In this document: one piece after another, positions 19,435-29,893 of the stretch
Position numbering within the stretch: the first letter of the stretch is position 1
How the letters are laid out: every line of letters begins with the position of its first letter
Assembly (NCBI GenBank): GCA_035548055.1
Contig: DASZTL010000061.1
Span: 26,827-90,826 of the forward strand
Reading direction: 5' to 3'
DNA length: 64,000 nucleotides
Origin: Mycobacteriales bacterium
Lineage (GTDB): Bacteria; Actinomycetota; Actinomycetes; JAFAQI01
The notes under the pieces: model-generated
The model's input: the letters and a program-made list of their open reading frames with translations, nothing else
What the model was told of the DNA's origin: nothing
Databases searched by the model: none
Program-made: the position numbers and the translations under genes

Positions 19435-20406
19435 GTGCATCTCGACACCGACCCTCGAGTGGCCGCGTTGGCCGCTACCCAGGACGGCCTGGTAACCGCC
19501 TCGCAAGCCCGCCGGCTTGGCTACAGCCGAAGTCGGATTGCGAACCTGATCCGCGCGCACCGCTGGCGCTCGCTCGCGCCCGGCGTCTATCTCGTCGACG
19601 CGTACCTGTTCGGTGATCCGCTGCCCGCTCGCACGTGGTGGCGCGCTGCGCTGCTGTTCAACGGAACCCAGTCATGTCTCGTTGCGTCGACTGCCATGCG
19701 GCTGTACGGCGTACATGGCCTTCGGCTTGCTGAGCCGCATATAGAGGTCGGCATCGTTGGAGGGCCGTCGCGCCACGGGCGGTGCGCGGCCGAGTTGCCA
19801 GCGCGGGGCCGCGACGAGTCGGCACCGAGATTCGTGGTCCGTCAGTTCAACATCGCCTCGGACGAGATCGAGCTGTACGACGATCTACAGGTACGGCGAT
19901 TCGCGATGTCGCTGGTGGATACCGCCTTGGAATCCGATCGCGCGACTGCGCTTGCGCTGCTCGATTCGGCCCTTCACAAAGGCCTGATATCTCGGGATGA
20001 CCTTTGGTGGCAGGTGGTTTGCGCAACGGGTCGGCGGGGAGTGGTCGCGCTACGCGAGTTGCTCACACTTGCCGACTCTCGGGCAGAGTCTCAGGTGGAG
20101 TCGAGAGTCCGACTGGCGTGTATTGACGGCAAGGTGGCACCGGATGACCTTCAGTTCCCAGTCCGTGACGAGTTCGGGAACCTGCTGGCCATCGGCGACA
20201 TGGCCTGGGTCAAAGGCCGCCGCCGACCGCTGATTGCCGAGGCTGACGGTGAAAGCGTGCATTCGCTCCCGCAGGCCGTCTACCGCGATCGGCGCCGGGG
20301 GAACTCGCTGGTTGCGCAGGCTTGCGACACGGTCCGCTTCACGTTCGCAGATTCGCTGCGCCCGGCGTACATCGTGAGTGTGGTGCGAGCAGCCCTCGCG
20401 GCCTGA
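19435..20406 (+). CDS. AbiEi-like N-terminal HTH plus C-terminal DUF559/Vsr-like PD-(D/E)xK endonuclease domain
   Basis: LAATQDGLVTASQARRLG...LAPGVY (AbiEi-type wHTH); AESQVESRVRL...GDMAW...AEADGESVH...DRRRGNSL...VRFT (ExDG..H nuclease pattern). Confidence 0.78.
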   Translation: MHLDTDPRVAALAATQDGLVTASQARRLGYSRSRIANLIRAHRWRSLAPGVYLVDAYLFGDPLPARTWWRAALLFNGTQSCLVASTAMRLYGVHGLRLAEPHIEVGIVGGPSRHGRCAAELPARGRDESAPRFVVRQFNIASDEIELYDDLQVRRFAMSLVDTALESDRATALALLDSALHKGLISRDDLWWQVVCATGRRGVVALRELLTLADSRAESQVESRVRLACIDGKVAPDDLQFPVRDEFGNLLAIGDMAWVKGRRRPLIAEADGESVHSLPQAVYRDRRRGNSLVAQACDTVRFTFADSLRPAYIVSVVRAALAA

Positions 20407-20409
20407 GAC

Positions 20410-20478
20410 CCCCGGTGATCATGGGCGCAAATTCAAGACACGCCGTCACGGACGAATTAGCGGTCATGATCACCGTGA
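20410..20478. repeat. 69-bp palindromic element, right copy (direct repeat of 19290-19358)
   Basis: Ungapped alignment to the left copy, 57/69 identical by manual count; keeps CGGTGATCATG/CATGATCACCG arms and the GACACGCCG loop. Confidence 0.9.
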
Positions 20479-21443
20479 TTTGAGGGTGGTTTCGAACCAG
20501 CGGCGAGGGTTGTCCACGAGGAGGGTCTCGATCGCGGCGTCGTCGACGCCGCGCTCTCGGAGTGCCGGCAACACGTCCTTGCTGATGTGCAGGAAGTTCC
20601 AGTCCGGGGCGGCTTGCAGGAACCGCGGCTCGGCCCAGTCGAAGTAGCACGAGGCGTCATGCGCGAGAGCCATCCGGTCGCCGTACCCGCGACGGATCAG
20701 CTCGGCGACCATCTCCACACGCTCGTCGAACGGCCGGTACACGTTGACACCGAAGCGATCCATGCCAAGCAGGTAGCCGTGCTCCGCGAGGGCGCTCAAA
20801 TGGTCCGCGTCGCCTGAGTCCCCGCTATGCGCCAGGCACACCGCCCCAGGCTCGACGCCCTCCTCCTGCAGGACATTGTGAACCTCAAGGCCGCGCTGGG
20901 TGCCGGGATGCGTGTGCACCATCACCGGGGCGCCGGTGCGAAGGTGAGCCTGCGCGACCGCGCGCAGCACCCGCTCGACGCCGGGCAGCATGCCCTCCTC
21001 GTCGATCGCGCACTTGAGGAAGGCGGCACGTACGCCGGTGTCGCCGATCCCGTCGGTGATGTCCGTGACGAACATGTCGACCATCGGGTCCGGGGCGTTG
21101 ATGCCCGGCAGGAACGGTCCGCGTAGCCGGAAGTACTTCGGTACGTCGTTGTAGGTGTACACACCCGTCGCGACGATGATGTTGAGCTCGATCTGCTGGG
21201 CGATCTCCACGATCCTGGGGATGTAGCGACCAAGCCCGATCACGGTTGGATCGACGATGGTGTCGATTCCGGCTTCCTTCAGCGCCGTGAGCTTCGTGAT
21301 CGCGTCTTCGACGTTGCGCTCCTCGTCCCAGTCCGTCTTGAAGTTCGCCTGGACCTCGGTCGTCATGACGAAGACGTGCTCGTGGATGAGCGTCCGCCCC
21401 ATGCCTGCGGTGTCGATCACACCGCGTGCGGTGGGGAGCCGCA

Positions 21444-21444
<1 letters not shown>
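20470..21444 (-). CDS. Phosphotriesterase-like lactonase family protein
   Basis: TLIHEHVF (HxH), VDPTVIGLGR, FLKCA, VMVHT, CLAHSGD, ALAHDASC. Confidence 0.92.
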
Positions 21445-23429
<1,985 letters not shown>

Positions 23430-23471
23430 GTCTGCAGCCTTTCATCCTCACTTGCGTCATGCTTGTCGACC

Positions 23472-24857
23472 ATGGCGCTGATGTCGCTCCAGGACGCAGT
23501 CTTCCTGCTCCCGGAGACCCGTGAGCAGCCGATGCACGTCGGGGGTCTGCAGCTGTTCCAGCGCCCCGAGGGCGCCGGCCGGAATTTCCTCAACGACATG
23601 CATGCCGACCTGGTCGCCATCGAGGACGTGGCACCGATCTTCCGTCGCCGCGTGCACCGCTCGGTCGCGACTCTCGGGCAGTGGGCCTGGGAGGAAGACG
23701 CCGATCTTGACCTCGAGCATCACGTCCGGCATTCGGCGCTCCCGCGACCGGGTCGCATCCGCGAGCTGCTCGCGCTGACCTCACGGCTGCACAGCACCCT
23801 GCTCGACCGGCACCGGCCGTTGTGGGAGATGCACCTCATCGAGGGCCTGCAGGACGGCCGCTTCGCGATCTACTTCAAGCTGCACCACGCGGTGATGGAC
23901 GGGGTGCACGGGCTGCGCCTGATGCAACGGTCGCTGAAGGCGGATCCGGACGATCTGAGCCTCTGTGCGCCTTACCTGCCAGGCGTTACCGCCTCAGCAG
24001 GCGCCGGCGGCGGCTTCTCACCGCTCGCACTGCCCGGCCTGCTCGCCGGTGCGGCACGCGACGTCGTGAGCGACGCGATCAGCTTCGCCCCCGCGGTGCT
24101 GCAGACCGCCGAGCGCCTGGTACGTGAGCAGGCCGCCGCACTGCCCACGGTCGCCCCTCGCACCATCCTCAACGGCCCGATCACCGGCTCGCGCCGGTTC
24201 GCTGCGCAGTCTTGGCCGCTAGAGCGGCTCCGCGGCATCGCGAGAAGTGCCGGCGTCACGATCAACGACGTGGTGCTGGCGATGTGCTCCGGCGCGCTCC
24301 GCGAGTACCTCGACGAGCAGGGCGAGCTACCTGACGCCCCACTGCTCGCGATGGTGCCGGTGTCGCTCGCGTTGCGCGCTGACGGTCCGGAGAGCACCCA
24401 CGGCAACAACATTGGCGCGATCATCGCGAACCTCGCGACGGACGAGCCCGACCCCGCCGTCCGTCTGGAGGCGATCAGCCGGTCGGTCATGGACGGGAAG
24501 GAGCGGCTGGCCGGGATGAGCCGGCTGGCGGTGCTCGCGACATCCGGGATCGCGATGGCACCGATCGCGATGAGCGCGTTCTTCGGCATCAACCGGCTGA
24601 TGCCGCCGCCGTTCAATCTTGTGATCTCCAACGTGCCCGGGCCGAAGCAGCCGCTGTGGATGCAAGGAGCGCGTCTCGACGCCTTCTATCCGCTGTCGAT
24701 TCCGTCCGGCGGGCAGGCCCTCAACATCACGGTCACGAGCTACGTCGACAACATGGAGTTCGGCCTGACCGGTTGCCGCCGCCACGTCCCGCACTTGCAG
24801 CGGCTGCTGAGCCACCTCGAGAGCTCGCTGGCAGACCTCGAGAAGGCGTTCGGCTAG
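23472..24857 (+). CDS. Wax ester synthase/diacylglycerol acyltransferase (WS/DGAT)
   Basis: LHHAVMDGVHG (HHxxxDG), PMHVGGLQLF, FNLVISNVPGP; start moved to ATG at 23472. Confidence 0.95.
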   Translation: MALMSLQDAVFLLPETREQPMHVGGLQLFQRPEGAGRNFLNDMHADLVAIEDVAPIFRRRVHRSVATLGQWAWEEDADLDLEHHVRHSALPRPGRIRELLALTSRLHSTLLDRHRPLWEMHLIEGLQDGRFAIYFKLHHAVMDGVHGLRLMQRSLKADPDDLSLCAPYLPGVTASAGAGGGFSPLALPGLLAGAARDVVSDAISFAPAVLQTAERLVREQAAALPTVAPRTILNGPITGSRRFAAQSWPLERLRGIARSAGVTINDVVLAMCSGALREYLDEQGELPDAPLLAMVPVSLALRADGPESTHGNNIGAIIANLATDEPDPAVRLEAISRSVMDGKERLAGMSRLAVLATSGIAMAPIAMSAFFGINRLMPPPFNLVISNVPGPKQPLWMQGARLDAFYPLSIPSGGQALNITVTSYVDNMEFGLTGCRRHVPHLQRLLSHLESSLADLEKAFG

Positions 24858-24867
24858 TTGTACTGAG

Positions 24868-25332
24868 GTGAACCGGAGCGCCGTTGCCGGCGTAGTAGGA
24901 GACGTGAGCTCCCGGATCCAGCTGCAGGTCGTAGGGCGGGTGCTCACCGCCGTCGCGCTCGCCGTCATGGCGGTCATCCATCTTCGGCTGTACTCGACGT
25001 ACGACTACCGCGCGATCCACGCCATCGGGGCGTTGTTCCTCGCCAACGGGATCGCCGGCGCCGTGCTGTGCCTGGCGATGCTCGGGGTCCCGTCGCGCTT
25101 GGTCGGGCTCACCGCGCTGGCGAGCTCCGGTCTGCTCGCCGCCACCTTCGCCGGGTTCGTGATCGCCCTCCAGCACCCCCTCTTCGGGTTCCAGGACTCG
25201 ATCCGCGCGCCGCACGCCTGGACCGCCCTCATCGATGAGGCCGCTGGGGCCGTGATCGCCCTCGTCATCGCCGCGATGTCACTGCGTGGTGGTGCCACAA
25301 GGGCGGTCGCCGGTACCTGGCGGCGAGCATGA
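24868..25332 (+). CDS. Membrane protein (about 4 TM helices) upstream of the ECF sigma factor
   Basis: Hydrophobic helices; stop overlaps the sigma factor start. Confidence 0.7.
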   Translation: MNRSAVAGVVGDVSSRIQLQVVGRVLTAVALAVMAVIHLRLYSTYDYRAIHAIGALFLANGIAGAVLCLAMLGVPSRLVGLTALASSGLLAATFAGFVIALQHPLFGFQDSIRAPHAWTALIDEAAGAVIALVIAAMSLRGGATRAVAGTWRRA

Positions 25333-25853
25333 TGATGACCGTGGATCGGGCCGACGAGACCGCGCTGCGCGAGCTGTACGACGCGCACGCCGGCGCGCTG
25401 CTCGCCTACGCGGTCCGCTTGACCGGGGGCGACCGAGGCCGGGCGGAGGACGTGGTGCAGGAGACGTTGCTGCGCGCCTGGCGGCACCGGGAGGCGCTGG
25501 AGGACGCGCGTGGCCCGATCCGCCCGTGGCTGTTCACCGTCGCTCACCATGTCGCGATCGACGCCTACCGTGCGCGTTCGTCGCGGCCGCACGAAGTGGG
25601 GGACTCGGTTCTCGACGTGATCCCGGCCGCCGATGACATCGACGTGCGGCTCGACCGGCTGTTGGTGCTCGATGCGTTGAGCGCGTTGTCGACCGAACAC
25701 CGAAGCGTCCTCGTGGAGACCTATTACCGCGGCCGGTCGGTCGCCGAGGCTGCCGACGCCCTGGGGGTGCCGCCCGGAACGGTCAAGTCCCGCACCTTCT
25801 ACGCCCTCCGTGCACTGAAGCTCGCCCTCGCGGAGCGCGGGGTGAGCTCGTGA
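25329..25853 (+). CDS. ECF sigma-70 factor
   Basis: AEDVVQETLLRAW, RPWLFTVAHH, region 4 GVPPGTVKSRTFYALRAL. Confidence 0.94.
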   Translation: MMMTVDRADETALRELYDAHAGALLAYAVRLTGGDRGRAEDVVQETLLRAWRHREALEDARGPIRPWLFTVAHHVAIDAYRARSSRPHEVGDSVLDVIPAADDIDVRLDRLLVLDALSALSTEHRSVLVETYYRGRSVAEAADALGVPPGTVKSRTFYALRALKLALAERGVSS

Positions 25854-26545
25854 ACTGCCAGACGGCGACCGGGGCGCTCGGCGTCTACCTCGTGGGCGCG
25901 ATCGAACCAGGGGAGCGCGCCGAGGTCGACGTCCACCTTCGCGGCTGTGCTGCCTGCCGCGCCGAGCTTGCCGAGTTGGCGATGCTCCCCGCGATGCTCG
26001 ACAGGCTGACGCTCGACGACGTCGCCGAAGTCATCCCGGACTCGACCGCGCCAGAGGACCTGTTCGCCCGGGTCGCGGCGCGAGCGCGCGCAGAGGCCGA
26101 TGCGGCGGCAGCGGCCGACCAGCCGGCAGGCGGGGCCTCGGTGGCCGGGGTGCGACGGCGACCACGCTGGCAGCTGATGGCTGCCGCCGCGGCAGCCGTT
26201 CTCGTCGTCGGCGGGGTGAGCGTCACGGCGGTCGAGGTGCTGCGTTCCGCTCCTGGCCCGGAGACGGTCAACGCGGCGCAGGGCGCAGTCCACATGCGGG
26301 TCGCGCTGACCTCCCAGGCCACGGGCACCGCGTTGCGGGTCACCGTCTCCGGTCTGTCGAACGACGAGCACTGCCGGCTGCTGGCGATTGCCGCCGACGG
26401 GACGACCGACCTGGTCAGCCAGTGGGACGCGACGTACGCCGGTGAAGCGCAGGTCACCGGGTCGACCTCGATCGCGACCTCGGACCTGCGGCAGCTGATC
26501 CTGCTCGGCCGAGATGGCAGCCAGCTGGTCGCGGCCGACGTCTGA
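25850..26545 (+). CDS. Zinc-binding (ZAS, zf-HC2) membrane anti-sigma factor
   Basis: HLRGCAAC (HxxxCxxC), a single TM helix and an extracytoplasmic domain; coupled to the sigma gene. Confidence 0.9.
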   Translation: MNCQTATGALGVYLVGAIEPGERAEVDVHLRGCAACRAELAELAMLPAMLDRLTLDDVAEVIPDSTAPEDLFARVAARARAEADAAAAADQPAGGASVAGVRRRPRWQLMAAAAAAVLVVGGVSVTAVEVLRSAPGPETVNAAQGAVHMRVALTSQATGTALRVTVSGLSNDEHCRLLAIAADGTTDLVSQWDATYAGEAQVTGSTSIATSDLRQLILLGRDGSQLVAADV

Positions 26546-26710
26546 TCTGCCCGATCCGGCCCGAAATCTCCACCTGTACGCCCATATGGCGTAATTCCAT
26601 GTGGCATTCGGCTGAGCCGGCTGGCGGGTTCTATTGCGCCGAAAAGCGGGCATCCTCCGAATAACCGCTGCTCAACGCCGACGGGCAGCCGCCCCAGGAG
26701 AAGTGCCGAC

Positions 26711-27088
26711 GTGACGACCGCCACCCGCGAGGTCTTGACGCTTGTGTCGTCTCGCAACGCCCCGGCCGAGGCGCGGCGCGCGGTCCACGACTTCGCCGAA
26801 GCGGTCTCACCGTCCTCCGCGCGCACCGCTGAGCTGCTCGCCTCCGAGCTCGTCACCAACGCGGTCACCCACGGTCGTGGCGAGGTGACCGTCGTCATGG
26901 AGTACGACGTCGACGGGCTTGCCGTGACCGTTTCCGACGACGAGCCGGCCATGCCGGAGGTCGCCGCGACGACGCCGGCCGCGCAGGGCGGTCGCGGCCT
27001 GCGGCTCGTCGAGGTGCTGTCCAGCGACTGGGGAGTCAAGCCGGACCGTCGCGGTCATGGCAAAGGGGTCTGGTTCCGTCTCGGCTAA
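26711..27088 (+). CDS. HATPase_c RsbW-like anti-sigma/kinase protein
   Basis: LLASELVTNAVTHG, VSDD, GGRGLRLVEVLSSDWG, GKGVWFRL. Confidence 0.88.
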   Translation: MTTATREVLTLVSSRNAPAEARRAVHDFAEAVSPSSARTAELLASELVTNAVTHGRGEVTVVMEYDVDGLAVTVSDDEPAMPEVAATTPAAQGGRGLRLVEVLSSDWGVKPDRRGHGKGVWFRLG

Positions 27089-27102
27089 CCGGGTACTGTT
27101 AC

Positions 27103-27121
27103 GCAGGTAAGCCTTACCTAA
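27103..27121. promoter_or_regulatory. IdeR/DtxR iron box upstream of efeU
   Basis: GCAGGTAAGCCTTACCTAA matches the known consensus TWAGGTWAGSCTWACCTWA at 17/19; sits before an iron-uptake operon. Confidence 0.9.
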
Positions 27122-27166
27122 GGTGCCGTTCCGGCGGGGCGGCCCCGACCTGCGTGATGTGAGGGC

Positions 27167-28648
27167 ATGCTTCCCACCTTCGTCATCGGCCTCCGTGAGG
27201 GCCTTGAAGCGGCACTGATCGTCGGCATCGTCGCGGCCTTCCTGCGCAAGCAGGAGCGCACCGACCTGCTGCGTTGGGTATGGGCCGGCGTTGCCGCCGC
27301 CGTGGTGCTGTGCCTCGCGGTCGGCGCCGGGCTCGAGGCCGTGTCGCGCGACCTCCCGCAGCGCCAGCAAGAGGGTCTCGAGACGGTGATCGGTGCGCTC
27401 GCCGTCGTGATGGTCACCTACATGGTCGTCTGGATGCGGCGCCACTCCCGGGAGCTGAAGGGCAGTCTCGAAGGGGCCGCGGCGTCTGCGTTGACCACGG
27501 GGTCCGGTCGGGCGCTGGTGGCGATGGCGTTCCTTGCGGTCATCCGCGAGGGGTTCGAGACGGTCGTCTTCCTGATGGCGACGTTCAACGAGAGCGGCTC
27601 TGGCCCCGGCCCGGTCCTTGGCGCCGTACTCGGCATCCTGGTGGCTGTCGGTCTCGGGTACGGCATCTATCGCGGTGGGGTCCGGATCAACCTCTCGAAG
27701 TTCTTCCGGGCCACCGGCCTGGTGCTGGTCCTGGTCGCCGCCGGTCTCGTGATGACGGCCCTGCACACCGCGCACGAGGCGACCTGGTTGAACGCCGGCC
27801 AGCAGAGCACCGTGGACCTCACCTGGCTGGTCCACCCAGGATCGGTCCAGTCGTCGCTGCTGACGGGCATGCTCGGCATGCAGCCGCGGCCGGTCCTGAT
27901 CGAGGTCGTCGGCTGGTTGGTCTACCTGGTCCCGGTCGCGCTGTACGTCGGGTGGCCGGCCGGCCGCCGGATCTCACTGCAGACGGCGAGCCGCCTGGCA
28001 GCTGCGGGCGCGGTCGTCTCGGTCGCCACGGCGGGGCTCCTGATCGCGACCCGGCCGGAAGCGCCGACGGCGCGGCCGTTCGCGGTGCCGACCGGCTACG
28101 AGCGTGCCGGAACGGCAGAGGTCGACGGTCTCGCGGTGCTCCGGTATACTCGGACGACGACCGGCATCCCGTCGACCCGGCCGCTGAGTGCGGAGAAGGT
28201 GGCGCGCCACAACGGGGGGCGGTTGCCGCTCGGCCTGACACCCGGGCCTGACGGCCGGTTCGCGGTCGACGTCTCGACCGAGACCACGGACACGATCGAG
28301 GTCGATGCCCGCACCCACGACCTGATCGCCAGCAGCAAGGTGACCCGTAGGGCGATGACGGCGAATGGTGCACCGGTCGGCGCACCCGTGGTTCTCTCGC
28401 GCACGCAGCGACCCGCGGCGGAGGTGGCGAAGGCGGTGGTCTCGGCCCGCCACGATGGCTCCGTGCTCGCCAGCCGGCACGACCGGCGGGTCGCCGCGGA
28501 GTGGCTGCTGGGACTCGGCGTGGCGCTGCTCGCCGTCGCCGGCGGCGGGTTCATCGCGGGACGCTCGCTGCGTCGCCGCGCCGGCTCGCCGACCCCCCTG
28601 GACGGCCCGGAGGCGGCTTTGGTAGAAAGAGAGGTAAGCCTTACCTAA
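27167..28648 (+). CDS. efeU: FTR1/EfeU iron permease with a long C-terminal extension
   Basis: Two RExxE motifs (REGLEA, REGFET); first gene of efeUOB. Confidence 0.9.
   Translation: MLPTFVIGLREGLEAALIVGIVAAFLRKQERTDLLRWVWAGVAAAVVLCLAVGAGLEAVSRDLPQRQQEGLETVIGALAVVMVTYMVVWMRRHSRELKGSLEGAAASALTTGSGRALVAMAFLAVIREGFETVVFLMATFNESGSGPGPVLGAVLGILVAVGLGYGIYRGGVRINLSKFFRATGLVLVLVAAGLVMTALHTAHEATWLNAGQQSTVDLTWLVHPGSVQSSLLTGMLGMQPRPVLIEVVGWLVYLVPVALYVGWPAGRRISLQTASRLAAAGAVVSVATAGLLIATRPEAPTARPFAVPTGYERAGTAEVDGLAVLRYTRTTTGIPSTRPLSAEKVARHNGGRLPLGLTPGPDGRFAVDVSTETTDTIEVDARTHDLIASSKVTRRAMTANGAPVGAPVVLSRTQRPAAEVAKAVVSARHDGSVLASRHDRRVAAEWLLGLGVALLAVAGGGFIAGRSLRRRAGSPTPLDGPEAALVEREVSLT
28630..28648. promoter_or_regulatory. 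Second IdeR/DtxR box, overlapping the efeU stop codon
   Basis: AGAGGTAAGCCTTACCTAA; the 17-mer AGGTAAGCCTTACCTAA is identical to 27105-27121. Confidence 0.85.
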
Positions 28649-28681
28649 CCAAGCCGTCTGCCCGTAGGGGGAGAGCCACCG

Positions 28682-29863
28682 ATGTACTCACGGCCGTTGC
28701 CGCACGCTCGTACGCTTCGCACCGCGGGGACTGGTGCCGTCGTGGCGGTCGCCGTCGCGGCCTGTGGCGGGGCAAGCTCTGGCGGTGGGACGGCGGGTGC
28801 GTCCGGTAGCTCGCGTCACGCCGTCGTGACGATCTCCGAGGCCGACGGCTGTCAGGTGTCCGCGACGTCCTTCCGCGCTGGCGCGCTCACGTTCGACATC
28901 ACCAACAAGGACGCGAACGCGGTGACAGAGGTCGAGCTCGAAGCCAACGGGCGCATCGTCGGGGAGAAGGAGAACCTGCCCGCGGGGTTCACCGGCAGCT
29001 TCTCCGTCAACGTCGACGGCGGGAGCTACGAGCTGGTCTGCCCGGGTGCCAAGCCCGACAGCGTCGCGATCACGGTCACCGGCAAGGCCGCCTCCTCCGC
29101 AGGCACGGTCGCCGACCTCCTCAGGCAGGGCGCGAAGGAGTACGCCGGGTACGTCAATGACCAGGCGACCGAGCTCGTCGAGGCCGCCGAGACGCTGCGC
29201 GACGCGATCAAGTCCGGCAACCTCACCGATGCCCAGACTGCCTACGACAAGGCTCGACCGTTCTACGAGAAGATCGAGCCGGTTGCGGAGTCCTTCACCG
29301 CCGGCAAGGTCAATCTCGACGCCGACATCGACGCCCGTGAAGGCGATGTGCCGGCCGCCCAGTGGCAGGGCTTCCACCGCATCGAGAAGGGTCTGTTCGC
29401 CGACCAGAGCGTCGAGGGCCTGTCGACGTACGCCGCGGGTCTGGTCGCCAACACCAAGACGCTGCGGAAGCTGACTGTCGGGCTGACCTTCCAGCCCTAC
29501 GAGATCGCGAACGGGGCGCAGGAGCTGCTCGACGAGGTCGCAGCCTCCAAGATCACCGGCGAGGAGGAGCGCTACTCCCACATCGACCTCGTCGACATCG
29601 AGAACAACGATGAGGGGGCGGAGCAGGCGTTCGCTGCGTTGCGCCCGGGCCTGACGAAGATCGACAGCCAGCTGACGGCGACGATCGCCGCGCGCTTTGC
29701 CGCGCTCGACGCGCTCATCGAGACCTATCGAACCGGCGACAACCCGTCGGGCTTCGTCTACTACGGCGACCTCACCAAGGCCGACAAGCGAAAGCTGGCC
29801 GCGGCCGTCAAGGCAGTGCAGGAGCCGCTGTCGAAGGTTGCCAGCAAGGTCGCCCAGGGCTAG
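28682..29863 (+). CDS. efeO: EfeO iron-uptake lipoprotein (cupredoxin plus imelysin-like M75 domain)
   Basis: Lipobox-like VAAC; GFHRIEK (HxxE); ITGEEERYSHIDL. Confidence 0.93.
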   Translation: MYSRPLPHARTLRTAGTGAVVAVAVAACGGASSGGGTAGASGSSRHAVVTISEADGCQVSATSFRAGALTFDITNKDANAVTEVELEANGRIVGEKENLPAGFTGSFSVNVDGGSYELVCPGAKPDSVAITVTGKAASSAGTVADLLRQGAKEYAGYVNDQATELVEAAETLRDAIKSGNLTDAQTAYDKARPFYEKIEPVAESFTAGKVNLDADIDAREGDVPAAQWQGFHRIEKGLFADQSVEGLSTYAAGLVANTKTLRKLTVGLTFQPYEIANGAQELLDEVAASKITGEEERYSHIDLVDIENNDEGAEQAFAALRPGLTKIDSQLTATIAARFAALDALIETYRTGDNPSGFVYYGDLTKADKRKLAAAVKAVQEPLSKVASKVAQG

Positions 29864-29893
29864 GCGACCCGAGTCGGCGAGGAAGGGGAACCG

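Noticed and set aside
19435-20406. Type IV toxin-antitoxin (AbiE) system
   Set aside because: No adjacent AbiEii nucleotidyltransferase toxin; the gene stands alone between hairpin repeats
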